Positions 9,837-18,929 of a stretch of 64,000 nucleotides of DNA are shown here, in pieces. The translations under genes were made by a program, and so were the position numbers. Below the pieces are notes generated by a model, which was not told the origin of the DNA, searched no databases, and saw nothing but the letters and a program-made list of their open reading frames with translations. Origin of the DNA: Candidatus Saccharimonadales bacterium (GTDB lineage Bacteria; Patescibacteriota; Saccharimonadia; Saccharimonadales; EFPC-124). The DNA lies in the NCBI GenBank assembly GCA_035710125.1, contig DASTDY010000063.1, forward strand, positions 22,446 through 86,445, written 5' to 3'. How positions within the stretch are numbered: position 1 is the first letter of the stretch; each line of letters opens with the position of its first letter.

Positions 9837-9865
9837 ATTAGAACACAGATGGGTGAGTATTACAA
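9837..9865 (-). promoter_or_regulatory. Candidate promoter of the RRM gene (implies ~100-nt 5' UTR)
   Basis: On the minus strand: TTGTAA (9865-9860), 17 nt spacer, TCTAAT (9842-9837). Confidence 0.3.
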
Positions 9866-9909
9866 CGGGGGTTATGCATGTTCTTCATTGAGTTAACATA
9901 AGAAAAATT

Positions 9910-10026
9910 ATCCCGCCAGCTGCCTTATGAAAAAGATTGCATTACGCGCCAGGCATGTGCCCTGCCAAATAGGCAGGTCAATCTGCTTGGGCTGTGTATC
10001 GCTTTTCATAAGGCAGCTTGCGGGAT
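9910..10026. repeat. 117-bp element bounded by 25-bp inverted repeats (1 mismatch), long hairpin or MITE-like
   Basis: Left arm atcccgccagctgccttatgaaaag (9910-9934) versus the reverse complement of 10002-10026. Inner hairpin cctgcc-aaata-ggcagg at 9961-9977. The element begins 3 nt after the fur stop codon. Confidence 0.55.
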
Positions 10027-10028
10027 CA

Positions 10029-10442
10029 CTACTGGCAATCGCCACAATAACCCGACAATTCAACGGAGTGGTTCAACGTTAAGAATTGGTGTTTTCTTGC
10101 AAGCCCCGCCAGGGCGGATTCTAGCTCTGGGCTCGCGATATCAATTGTTTTGCCGCACTGCTGGCATACTGCGTGGTGGTGGTGTGGCGTAAAGATTTCG
10201 CTGAGCTCAATTTGGTTTTTGAAACCATGCCAAATACGGTTTACTATGCCTAGTTTTTCGTAGAGTTCTACTGTGCGGTATACAGTAGCGCGGTCGACAT
10301 CTTTGCCTAGCTGGTTAGCGAGCGTACCAGTACTACATGGTCCGTGCGCGGCAAGATGGTTAAACACAGCCAGCCGGCTTTTGGTAGCGCTGCTCTTTGC
10401 TTCTTTAAGTGTTTGTTTAACTTTTAATACACCTTTGTCCAT
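10029..10442 (-). CDS. fur: Fur family metalloregulator
   Basis: Winged helix (SRLAVFNHLAAHGPCSTGTLANQL) plus metal sites HHHHAVCQQCGK and CGDCQ. The track ORF is extended upstream in frame; I use the ATG at 10442. Confidence 0.85.
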   Translation of the reverse strand: MDKGVLKVKQTLKEAKSSATKSRLAVFNHLAAHGPCSTGTLANQLGKDVDRATVYRTVELYEKLGIVNRIWHGFKNQIELSEIFTPHHHHAVCQQCGKTIDIASPELESALAGLARKHQFLTLNHSVELSGYCGDCQ

Positions 10443-10522
10443 AAAAAAAGTATAACAGTGTTTGCGACACTTTTGCAAAAAGCCAAACTTGACCACACCA
10501 CGCCGTTTGGTACGATTGCTAT

Positions 10523-10918
10523 ATGATCGAACAAAGAAGGGTGCTATGGCAACCAGGGCCAAAGATAACTATTGCCGTCCTGGCGGTCGGCGCGTTACTA
10601 GTGGTTGCCGGTTTTTTCGCGTGGCAATCGTTTGTAAAGCCCAAAGACCAGATCGCAGAAAACCAGTCTACATTGCAGAGGGTTAAAGCCCAAGCTGGCG
10701 CAATCTTTATGCTGCCCGAGGGTGACCCTGTCTTAATCCAAATACAAGACAAACAAAAACTCAGTGGACAGCCTTTTTACGAAAAGGCAGAGAACGGTGA
10801 CTACGTGTTGGTATACGAAAAGGCAAAATATGCTATTATTTTTCGCGAAAAAACAAGACAAGTAATAAACGCCAATACAATATCTATTGGCGAAGAATCA
10901 GCGCCGCCCCAAAATTAG
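10523..10918 (+). CDS. Hypothetical single-TM-anchored protein
   Basis: 131-aa ORF with an N-terminal TM (ITIAVLAVGALLVVAGFFAW) and a soluble C-terminal domain. Divergent from fur. Confidence 0.5.
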   Translation: MIEQRRVLWQPGPKITIAVLAVGALLVVAGFFAWQSFVKPKDQIAENQSTLQRVKAQAGAIFMLPEGDPVLIQIQDKQKLSGQPFYEKAENGDYVLVYEKAKYAIIFREKTRQVINANTISIGEESAPPQN

Positions 10919-11131
10919 CGTCTATTTTACAATATCTACACCACATGCAGCGTTGTATACTGAAATTATTAACAAATTAACTTTTAGTTTATGGAATCGC
11001 GTGTAAATCGCGAGCTGTGCCGCAACGGTTAAAGCCCGACACATTGCTAAAAGAATTCCCGAGCAGGAACTCTCGGCCGCGTGCGGCTTTGGTTTAGATA
11101 CTCTCGGGTAAGGTGCACGGGGTATTTTTTT

Positions 11132-12379
11132 ATGGATACGGCAGTAATGCAGCGCAAGGCTATCGAGCGGCGGCGTCAGGCCGAGTTCGAAGCGTACCAG
11201 CATTGGGAATACCAGCGCCGCCAGTACGATGAAATTACCGATGTCGCCGAACGCGTGCGTGCCCCACTTGCCGTTACCCAAGAATTCGATCTCACCCCCA
11301 ATGGCTTAGTGAGCGCCCGCGGCGAACCGCTGTTGCCAATAATTGAAGACGGCATTGCCGACGCCAAACGCATGGCCGCTATGCAGCCCGACTGGCAGGT
11401 AGAATACGAACGCCGCTTGATTGACCGCGACGAATATTACGCGCTAGAAACCCTGGCCACACACCAAGAAGGGCAGGGAGCCATGGTATCGTACTGGCTT
11501 ATCCCCGATGCTGTGCGCAGTGGCAGCAACTTGCCAGGCTACAACCGCGACCGTCTTAAAATGTTTACCCGTGTGGCGGTACCTACGCAGCGGGGGATTG
11601 CCATAAAGTACCACTCGTACGATTTAAGCTACAAGCCAGGGCTCGTGGCTATGGATCAGGCTTTAGGTTCTACGTTTGATACTAGTCGTTCATCGGAGCA
11701 AGTTGCGCGCGAGCGCCGGTATTTGCCTTGGGTAGGTGCAACGGTAGATGGCATAGACGAGATGCTCCGCCACGCCTACGATTCTGCACTCGCACGTGAC
11801 AAAGGCGGCGAATGGAGCGGTGGCCGTCCTCCCCTCGCCACACAAGATGTTATAGGCTTTATCTCTGAGCAAAAAGACCTGCTTGGTAACCATATGGCCG
11901 AATTAACCAAAATATTTTCCCTCACCCTAGATCCCTACGAACGTAACCGTTTAATGGAGCCCCACCGTTACAATTTGGCCGCCGCCATAGACGACCTCTT
12001 GCACGGCAAGAAAGTAACTACCGCTGTAGAGGCTGGCGATAACGCCCGCAGCGAAGGTCGCAACCTAGATCGCGACTGCCCTACGGGTACAGATGACGAG
12101 GCCTCTGCCGCTGAGCAGCTAGGATCGCTCGGATTTAAGGGTAAAAATCGGTACCGCATCTTAGCTATGGGCGAATGCCGCACATGCTTGTACGAAAAGG
12201 CTGTGGTGGTTAACGAATGCAATATGTGCCTCGACTGCGAAAACGTACACAGCAACGAAGGAAACATAGGGTTAGACCGCATAGTGCGCGAAGCCAAAGA
12301 GCGTGTTCGCGCCAAAAACAAGCGTCCGTTTGCGGGGTTTCTAAAAGTGATCAATATGGTGGCATCTAAACCAGACTAG
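11132..12379 (+). CDS. Hypothetical protein with C-terminal Cys cluster (zinc-ribbon-like)
   Basis: Long ORF (track 11081-12379). First ATG is at 11132. C-terminus carries ECRTCLYEKAVVVNECNMCLDCEN (CxxC-x11-CxxCxxC). No family recognised. Confidence 0.6.
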   Translation: MDTAVMQRKAIERRRQAEFEAYQHWEYQRRQYDEITDVAERVRAPLAVTQEFDLTPNGLVSARGEPLLPIIEDGIADAKRMAAMQPDWQVEYERRLIDRDEYYALETLATHQEGQGAMVSYWLIPDAVRSGSNLPGYNRDRLKMFTRVAVPTQRGIAIKYHSYDLSYKPGLVAMDQALGSTFDTSRSSEQVARERRYLPWVGATVDGIDEMLRHAYDSALARDKGGEWSGGRPPLATQDVIGFISEQKDLLGNHMAELTKIFSLTLDPYERNRLMEPHRYNLAAAIDDLLHGKKVTTAVEAGDNARSEGRNLDRDCPTGTDDEASAAEQLGSLGFKGKNRYRILAMGECRTCLYEKAVVVNECNMCLDCENVHSNEGNIGLDRIVREAKERVRAKNKRPFAGFLKVINMVASKPD

Positions 12380-12397
12380 TTTTATACTAGCGGCAAG

Positions 12398-13327
12398 ATG
12401 ATTACATATTATTACAAAAACCTTCGCGCTAAGCAGGTAAGCCAGCCCGATGCCTACAAACCAGGGTCTTGGGTGTATGTTGAGGCGCCAACGCCAGAAG
12501 AAATAGATTCGCTTGTAAAACGCTTTAAACTAGAGAAGGGCCACGTAGAAGACGCCCTCGACCCAGACGAAATGCCTCGCCTAGAAAAAGAAGGTGAACT
12601 AACGTACCTGTTTATCCGGTATGCCCACACCGACGCTAAGGGTGAGCTTACTACTTCGCCGCTGTTATTTATTGTTGGCGGCGACTTGCTTATTACAGTT
12701 GCGCAACGTGGCTTGCCACAATTGCAGCGGTTTATCGATGGTAAGGTAGATTTTACAACAACACAGCGAACACGGTTGATGTTGACCATCCTAGACCAAA
12801 TAGTAGACCGCTACGAAGTATTAATTAATCGTGTTGGCCGCCAAATAAATGCGATCCGGTCGCGATTAAAAGGCCATCAAATTAACAACCAAGATTTTGT
12901 AGATTTTGTGGTGATCGAAGACGAGCTAAATGAGTTCTTAAGCGCCTTAGAACCAACAACTGCAATCTTGCGGCGTATGCTGATGGGTAAACATATCCAG
13001 CTGTTCGAGGAAGACCAAGATTTAGTAGAAGACCTGCTGCTTAATAACGTACAGTCCATTGAGGCGTGTCACGCCCACGTTAAGTCTATTACGAGCATCC
13101 GCGAGGCGTATTCTACCATAGCCTCAAACAACCTAAACCACACAATGAAGCTGCTCACCGCTGCAACTGTTCTTATAACGCTGCCGAACGTTATTTTTGG
13201 CATGTACGGCATGAATGTTGATTTGCCGTTTCAGAACGAACCCTGGACATACGCCGCAATAGTAGCAACGAGCATTACGCTTTGCCTGGTCGTACTTACT
13301 ATTGGCAGGCGCCGTAATTTGTTCTGA
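12398..13327 (+). CDS. corA: CorA family magnesium/cobalt transporter
   Basis: 309 aa, two C-terminal TM helices, signature YGMNV (GMN motif). Confidence 0.9.
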   Translation: MITYYYKNLRAKQVSQPDAYKPGSWVYVEAPTPEEIDSLVKRFKLEKGHVEDALDPDEMPRLEKEGELTYLFIRYAHTDAKGELTTSPLLFIVGGDLLITVAQRGLPQLQRFIDGKVDFTTTQRTRLMLTILDQIVDRYEVLINRVGRQINAIRSRLKGHQINNQDFVDFVVIEDELNEFLSALEPTTAILRRMLMGKHIQLFEEDQDLVEDLLLNNVQSIEACHAHVKSITSIREAYSTIASNNLNHTMKLLTAATVLITLPNVIFGMYGMNVDLPFQNEPWTYAAIVATSITLCLVVLTIGRRRNLF

Positions 13328-13533
13328 CATTTTAAGGTGGGGCAGCTCTTTTAACACGGCGATTTGTACACAGTTTTTGCACACGTACAGAGGTGCTTAT
13401 GCTTGATTACCAAGCCAGCCTTTGCTAAGTTTATGTTTGTGTCTTGTTGTTCGTATGCGCGATGAGTAATTGCGCTTGAACTGTTGCGGCCAAAAACTGC
13501 TGCAAGGTCCGACACGCATAAAAGGAGTATCAT

Positions 13534-13626
13534 ATGCCAATTGACATCCGCATGGTCCCTACTAGGGCCCGCAAGATTGCGGTGGAAATTGTCCCAGCCG
13601 AGTGGCAAGATTACCTCATGCACTAG
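13534..13626 (+). CDS. Candidate 30-aa small protein (MPIDIRMVPTRARKIAVEIVPAEWQDYLMH)
   Basis: Below the track size cut-off. AAAGGAG lies 6 nt upstream of the ATG and an intrinsic terminator starts 6 nt after the TAG. Confidence 0.35.
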   Translation: MPIDIRMVPTRARKIAVEIVPAEWQDYLMH

Positions 13627-13631
13627 GCAAT

Positions 13632-13662
13632 AAAAAGTCCCCCGAGTACCGGGGGACTTTTT
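13632..13662. terminator. Bidirectional intrinsic terminator
   Basis: aaaaagtccccc-gagtacc-gggggacttttt: 7-bp GC stem flanked by A5/T5 runs, between the sORF (+) and the dsbA-like gene (-). Confidence 0.75.
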
Positions 13663-13677
13663 ATGTATGTGGTGATC

Positions 13678-14388
13678 TTATTGTTTTGGTTGTTCGGCCG
13701 TAGGCGGATAGGCGGCAGACACAGCAGCATCTAGCTTTTCTGCTAATGCTTGGGCGCTCACAGCATCCTGCCCTTTTATAACGACACCGTTAAGTACAAA
13801 GGTAGGCGTACTGTCTGCACCAAATTTTTTAGCGGTGGCGCGGTCACGGGCGATTTTTTCTGTTATGCGCTTGTCTGATAGGTCTGTTTTAAATTGGTCG
13901 GCATTTAGGCCAATCTGTTTTGCGTAATCGGCAAAGACGGCTTCGCGCTGTGTAAGTGGCGCGTTAATCCAGGCATCTTGGTTTTGGTATAGCAAGTTGT
14001 GCATTTCCCAAAACTTACCTTGTAAGCCGGCCGCTTCGGCTGCGGTTGCGGCAGCGAGCGCATTAGGGTGGATATTAGTGAGTGGTAGGTTTCGGAACAC
14101 AAAAGTGACCTTATCTTTGTATTTTTCGGTCAACATTTTTACAGGTTCGTGCATGCTGCCGCAGCCAGGGCATTGGAAGTCGCCGTATTCTATGAGCACC
14201 ACTTTTTGCTCGGCAGGTCCCGTTGCGTGGTCGGCAATTTGCCCTTCTTGGATTACTCTGGTCGCATCACCGTTAAATGTGTTGTTTTGGTCGTTGTTTT
14301 TACTGAGCCAGATAATCCCCCCAAAAAAGGCGACAACAATAAGGCTGAAAATAATCCACTTAGTCTTGTTCATGGCTCTATAATACAA
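13678..14388 (-). CDS. DsbA/BdbD-like thiol:disulfide oxidoreductase, membrane anchored
   Basis: N-terminal TM (WIIFSLIVVAFFGGIIWL) and a thioredoxin fold with active site FQCPGCG. Confidence 0.85.
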   Translation of the reverse strand: MYYRAMNKTKWIIFSLIVVAFFGGIIWLSKNNDQNNTFNGDATRVIQEGQIADHATGPAEQKVVLIEYGDFQCPGCGSMHEPVKMLTEKYKDKVTFVFRNLPLTNIHPNALAAATAAEAAGLQGKFWEMHNLLYQNQDAWINAPLTQREAVFADYAKQIGLNADQFKTDLSDKRITEKIARDRATAKKFGADSTPTFVLNGVVIKGQDAVSAQALAEKLDAAVSAAYPPTAEQPKQ

Positions 14389-14396
14389 TAGATACT

Positions 14397-15353
14397 ATGG
14401 AATGGCTTGTTCTGATTTGCGCGATTCTGTTAACCGGCTTGTTGTCGGTTGTTAAGTCGTTCCAGTATGCGCCAAGCCAAGAAAGCCAGTTTGAACTTGA
14501 CCGCCGCGCAGCGCAAGGTGACGGCGTGGCAGCTTATGAAATTGTAAGACGGCCACTGCTACCAACATTTATTGGGCTTAGAGTGCTCAAGATCGTGGTA
14601 ATAACCAGTGTGATGGCGACGTTGTTGCTCGCGTGGTTCGGTGTGTGGGGGCTGTGCCTGCTTGTGCTGCTTTGGTTGCTAAGTGAATTATGTGTGGCAA
14701 AAGGTTGGGTGCAGCCAGTGGCCATAGCGGCGCAGCGTATGGTAGAGCCGCGGATTATCCACATGGTGCCACACACCCGCCCTGTTTTTAAACATTTTGC
14801 ACCAGTGCGGAGTGTAGAATCGGACAGCCAGGTCAGCTCGCGCGAGGAGTTGCTGCACATTCTAAACCACGACACGCAACTGCTAGAGGCGGCAGAAAAA
14901 GCCCGTGTGCAAGGTGCGCTTTCGTACGGCAGCCTCACCATTGCAGACGTTATGGTGCCGCGCGATGCCATTGCTACAGTAAGAACCTCTGAAACAGTGG
15001 GTCCTGTACTACTGACACGGCTTCATAAGGAAGGCCACGCCATTTTTGTGGCTGTTGAAAAAGATTTGTCACACGTTGAGGGCTTGTTATATATGGCCGA
15101 TGCTACCTCTGGCCACCCGGGTATTAAAACGGTTGCCGATGCCATACGCCCTACGGTGCACTACCTGGCGCAAGATGAACCGCTCGATTCTGTACTGGCC
15201 GCCAGTTTGCAATCTGGCCGACAACTGTTTATAGTAGTTGACAATCAAGGTAATATATCGGGGCTTATTACGCTTGCCGATGCCCTGGCAAAGCTACTGG
15301 GTGCAGCCCCGCCCGTCCAAACCCGATTATCAACTGATCCAACAAAGGTATAG
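14397..15353 (+). CDS. DUF21/CNNM-type membrane protein with CBS pair (CorC/HlyC-related, putative Mg2+/Co2+ efflux)
   Basis: Three to four N-terminal TM helices, then tandem CBS-like repeats (IADVMVPRDAI..., ...LFIVVDNQGNISGLITLADAL). Confidence 0.7.
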   Translation: MEWLVLICAILLTGLLSVVKSFQYAPSQESQFELDRRAAQGDGVAAYEIVRRPLLPTFIGLRVLKIVVITSVMATLLLAWFGVWGLCLLVLLWLLSELCVAKGWVQPVAIAAQRMVEPRIIHMVPHTRPVFKHFAPVRSVESDSQVSSREELLHILNHDTQLLEAAEKARVQGALSYGSLTIADVMVPRDAIATVRTSETVGPVLLTRLHKEGHAIFVAVEKDLSHVEGLLYMADATSGHPGIKTVADAIRPTVHYLAQDEPLDSVLAASLQSGRQLFIVVDNQGNISGLITLADALAKLLGAAPPVQTRLSTDPTKV

Positions 15354-15361
15354 AATATTTT

Positions 15362-16672
15362 ATGAGAATTTTAACCCGTCAGCTCACCCAACACGTGGGC
15401 CAAAAAGTAAGCGTATCTGGCTGGCTGCATAAAAAGCGGCTAATGGGCGGCCTGACCTTTATTGTTATCCGCGACCGCAGCGGTGTGGCGCAGGCCCTTA
15501 TTAAAGACAAAGCCGAGGTAGAAAAGCTGCGTGGATTACAGGTAGGCACAGTGCTGCAAATCGAGGGCGTTGTGGCAGAAGACAGCCGTGCGCCTGGCGG
15601 CGTAGAAATACACGAAGTCGGCCTAAAAATTGAAGTTCCAGTAGAAATGGAACCGCCAATCGAAATCGACAAACCCCTAAGCCACGAATCCGACAACCTA
15701 GACACATTATTTGAATACCGTGTGGTTGGCCTTCGCAGCCCGCGCGAACAGGCCGTGTTTAAGGTGCAGGCCGAAATTGGCGAAGCCGTGCGCCAGTATT
15801 TCCGCAGAAGCGACTTTACCGAAATCCGCACGCCAAAATTACTAGCTGCCGCAACAGAAGGCGGCGCCGAAGTGTTTAAAATCGACTACTTTGGCAAAGA
15901 AGCAACTCTAGCCCAAAGCCCACAGTTTTACAAACAAATGATGGTTGGTATCTTTGAGCGCGTGTTCGAAATCGCCCCCGTATACCGCGCCGAACCCAGC
16001 GCCACCACCCGCCACATGACCGAATACATTAGTGCAGACGGCGAAATGGGCTTTATAAATATCGAAGACCTTAAAAAATTCCTAAGCGGGCTGCTCAATG
16101 CCGTTGCAGACGACCTATGGGAATACTGCCCCGGCCAATTAAACGAATGGGGTGCCACCAAACCCGTGCTACCTAAAGAGATCCCTAGCCTTAGCATGGC
16201 CGAAATCCACCAAAAATATACCGAAGCCACCGGCGAGAACACAGTGGGCGAAAAAGACCTACGGCCAGAAGAAGAACGTTTTATTTGCGAATACGCCGCC
16301 AAAAACCTAGGCTCGGAAGCCGTGTTTGTGACCGACTGGCCAGCCGATGAAATGAAGTTTTACCACAAAGCGCAAGACGGCCGTACCGAATTTGCCGACC
16401 GCATCGACCTACTGTTCCGCGGGGTAGAAATCGCTACAGGCAGCATGCGCGAACACCGCTACGACGTAGTTATGAAGCAGCTGCAAAGCATGGTTGGCGC
16501 CGACCCAGAAGACCCAGGCTTTAAGTACTTCCTGCTTGCTATGCAAGCCGGTATGCCGCCACACGGTGGGTTTGGCATGGGTCTAGAGCGCCTCACGCAA
16601 AAAATGCTTGGCCTAAGTAACGTTAAAGAAGCGTCGCTATTCCCACGCGACATTAACCGTTTAGCACCGTAA
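15362..16672 (+). CDS. aspS: Aspartate--tRNA ligase, archaeal/type-2 size class
   Basis: Class IIb synthetase. OB-fold N-terminus, motif 2 YRAEPSATTRHMTEY, C-terminus GGFGMGLERL...FPRDINRLAP. 436 aa. Confidence 0.8.
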   Translation: MRILTRQLTQHVGQKVSVSGWLHKKRLMGGLTFIVIRDRSGVAQALIKDKAEVEKLRGLQVGTVLQIEGVVAEDSRAPGGVEIHEVGLKIEVPVEMEPPIEIDKPLSHESDNLDTLFEYRVVGLRSPREQAVFKVQAEIGEAVRQYFRRSDFTEIRTPKLLAAATEGGAEVFKIDYFGKEATLAQSPQFYKQMMVGIFERVFEIAPVYRAEPSATTRHMTEYISADGEMGFINIEDLKKFLSGLLNAVADDLWEYCPGQLNEWGATKPVLPKEIPSLSMAEIHQKYTEATGENTVGEKDLRPEEERFICEYAAKNLGSEAVFVTDWPADEMKFYHKAQDGRTEFADRIDLLFRGVEIATGSMREHRYDVVMKQLQSMVGADPEDPGFKYFLLAMQAGMPPHGGFGMGLERLTQKMLGLSNVKEASLFPRDINRLAP

Positions 16673-16715
16673 AAAACGGGGGTGCATTCAGGCGCTAGCC
16701 TAGGGTGGTCTTGGT

Positions 16716-17000
16716 TCATGTTCTTTTGCTTTGGTAAGCGGTTTGCGCTTGCCTGGCAAGGGTTATGCACTCGTTCGGGTCATACCCTAAATCGTCGCAC
16801 CACCGGATTGCAGAAAAAATAAGGTTACCGAGTTCTTTTTTAACCTCGGCGTCGTTTGCGGGGCTATTTTCTATGTGGGACCGTGCTTGGCGGCACAGGT
16901 CTCCTGCTATGACCTCGGCGGCGATGGCCACATGGGGGAGCTGCATAAGGTCATCGCCCCAAATGTTGCGCGCGTCTTTTAAAAGCTCGTCGATAGTCAT
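16716..17000 (-). CDS. MazG-like nucleotide pyrophosphohydrolase family protein
   Basis: Helical ~94-aa protein (ELGNLIFSAIRWCDDLGYDP). GAGGAGG SD lies upstream of the ATG at 17000. The track ORF is extended upstream in frame. Confidence 0.55.
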   Translation of the reverse strand: MTIDELLKDARNIWGDDLMQLPHVAIAAEVIAGDLCRQARSHIENSPANDAEVKKELGNLIFSAIRWCDDLGYDPNECITLARQAQTAYQSKRT

Positions 17001-17047
17001 AAAATATTTACCTCCTCGCTTATTGTATACTAAGCATAAGGATTGTA

Positions 17048-18922
17048 ATGGCTGACCAAACACCACAAAAACAACCGCAAGCTTCGCCTGACCTTACGCA
17101 AGAGCTAGATAAAAATGCGCTCTCGCCACAGGTTGTTTCGGTGGAGTCTGGCCCTGAAGCCTTGCAGCCGCCTACAGTAGACGACATTAGCGAGGGTGAC
17201 ATACAAGAGGCGCTCGCTGCTGCCGACCAAACCGAAGAGCCGCAGCTCCACGCCGCGCCCCAAAATTTGCAAGTAGAGCCCACGACCAACCCGTTTTTGG
17301 AGCGGCCCCGTTTTTGGAAGCGAAAAAAGTTTTGGATCAGCACAATCTTTTTGCTTATTTTACTGCTAGCATTGGCGTGGCTGATCAGACCGAGCCGCTT
17401 GTTTATGGTTAATTTGCTTGGTTTACGTGGTAGCTTAAATATTGCAACCGCTACCTTAGCGGCCGAAGGCCAGCAAAGCGCAGTATTAAAAAAAGTAAAA
17501 ATAGAGCTTAACGGCACGCAGTGGGAAACAGACGACAACGGCAGGCTCAACGCCCAGTTACTCTACGGAACTTACAATATTGTAGCCAAAAAGGCCGGCT
17601 ATCAAGATGCAACACATAGTGTGATGGTCGATTTTGACCCATTCTTTTATTTACTAGGCGGCCGCCAGGCAGACGAGCAGGCCCGAAATGTGCAACTGCA
17701 GCTAAAGCCTACAGGCATAGCCTTATCTTTTAAAGTGGTAGATTGGCTTACCGGTAGTCCGCTCACAGCAGGGGCGTTTAGCGCAGCCGAAATTGTAGCC
17801 AAACCGAATGACCAAGGTGTAGTTAATATAACCTTGCCGGCAACCGAAGAAAAAACAGTAAAAATAAAAGCCGTGTTCGGTGGTAAGTTTACAGATAAAG
17901 AATTTGATCTGCCCTTAGATGGTTCGCAGGCAACGGTGAGCTTTGTGCCCGAAGGAAAAACATATTACCTGACCAATAAAAACGGCCTCGCGGTGTTAGG
18001 CAGTAATCTAGATGGCAGTAGCGTTGCCGAAATCGTGCCGCCAAGTGCCAACGAGACCGCGGCTGTTAATATTGCTATTAGTCCGAGTGGTAAGTTTGGC
18101 GTACTCGCATCTACGCGCGATGCGAGACGTGATACCCAAGGCACGTTGCTGCAGCAGCTGTACATTGTTGACTTATCGAATAAAAAGCTTACCGCGGTCG
18201 ACCAAGGGCTATGGTTTAGCTTTGCGGATTGGTCGGCCGATACGCTGGTGTACACAGTGGGTGAGCGCAAAACCGGTGCGAGCCAGGTAACCCAGCGCCT
18301 CGTAAGCCTAGACGCGACCAACGGCAAGCGCACAGATATTAGCGCTGCGCGCACGTTCGACGCTGTGCGAGTAGCCGTAGGGTCGGTTGTATACCAGGCG
18401 AATCTGGCTATCAGCGATCCGGCGTCGGTTAACAACCCTGAGCTCAGAGTCACTCCCATAAAAGGGGGCACCGAAAAAAAGCTAGGCGCAAAAGTGCAAA
18501 GTATTAGCCAAGCAGATACCGACCGTTTTGTGTTTCAGCTTGGAGACGGGACGTGGCAAGAATACAACCTGAACACCTCGCAAGCCAAAACGGCCTCTGC
18601 GCCAACAAGCACAGCCCGTGCAATGTTAGCCACGGCATCGGCCGATGGCCAGAACCGGTTAATCATTGACCGTATAGACGGCAAGCCATCACTCATTGTT
18701 AAAAATGCAGGTACAGGCCAAGAAAAGCAAATATTCTCTGCCGCAGGCATTCGCGGCCCGTTAAGAATAATAGATGATACAATCGTGTTTAGAATGGGCG
18801 AGGGCGCACAGGTAGCCGATTATGTGGTGTCTATTCGCGGCGGTACCCCAAAAAAAATTGCCGATGTCACGCTTTCGGCTGCACCATTTACCCCACCAGC
18901 CAATTATTTTTCGTTTTTCTAA
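17048..18922 (+). CDS. Hypothetical ectoprotein: acidic/Pro-rich N-tail, one TM, CarboxypepD_reg-like and beta-propeller-like regions
   Basis: 624-aa ORF. TM ISTIFLLILLLALAWLI. The segment GTYNIVAKKAGYQDATHSVMV resembles a carboxypeptidase-regulatory fold. The C-terminal half is beta-rich. Confidence 0.7.
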   Translation: MADQTPQKQPQASPDLTQELDKNALSPQVVSVESGPEALQPPTVDDISEGDIQEALAAADQTEEPQLHAAPQNLQVEPTTNPFLERPRFWKRKKFWISTIFLLILLLALAWLIRPSRLFMVNLLGLRGSLNIATATLAAEGQQSAVLKKVKIELNGTQWETDDNGRLNAQLLYGTYNIVAKKAGYQDATHSVMVDFDPFFYLLGGRQADEQARNVQLQLKPTGIALSFKVVDWLTGSPLTAGAFSAAEIVAKPNDQGVVNITLPATEEKTVKIKAVFGGKFTDKEFDLPLDGSQATVSFVPEGKTYYLTNKNGLAVLGSNLDGSSVAEIVPPSANETAAVNIAISPSGKFGVLASTRDARRDTQGTLLQQLYIVDLSNKKLTAVDQGLWFSFADWSADTLVYTVGERKTGASQVTQRLVSLDATNGKRTDISAARTFDAVRVAVGSVVYQANLAISDPASVNNPELRVTPIKGGTEKKLGAKVQSISQADTDRFVFQLGDGTWQEYNLNTSQAKTASAPTSTARAMLATASADGQNRLIIDRIDGKPSLIVKNAGTGQEKQIFSAAGIRGPLRIIDDTIVFRMGEGAQVADYVVSIRGGTPKKIADVTLSAAPFTPPANYFSFF

Positions 18923-18929
18923 TAAATAT

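Noticed and set aside
10029-10562. N-terminally extended track ORFs (fur 10562, mutY-like 18822, ldh2 50076, atpA 62625, giant gene 58640, ccdA 42540, mazG-like 17066, crp 6806)
   Set aside because: The extensions are in-frame read-through of upstream DNA with no SD, and they often overlap the neighbouring gene. Internal ATG codons with SD or operon-coupling geometry and family-typical N-termini were preferred.
13351-13623. 90-aa minus-strand track ORF in the corA-dsbA gap
   Set aside because: It has no SD, its start lies just inside the terminator-proximal region, and its composition is odd. The small + strand ORF with SD and terminator fits better, although neither is proven.
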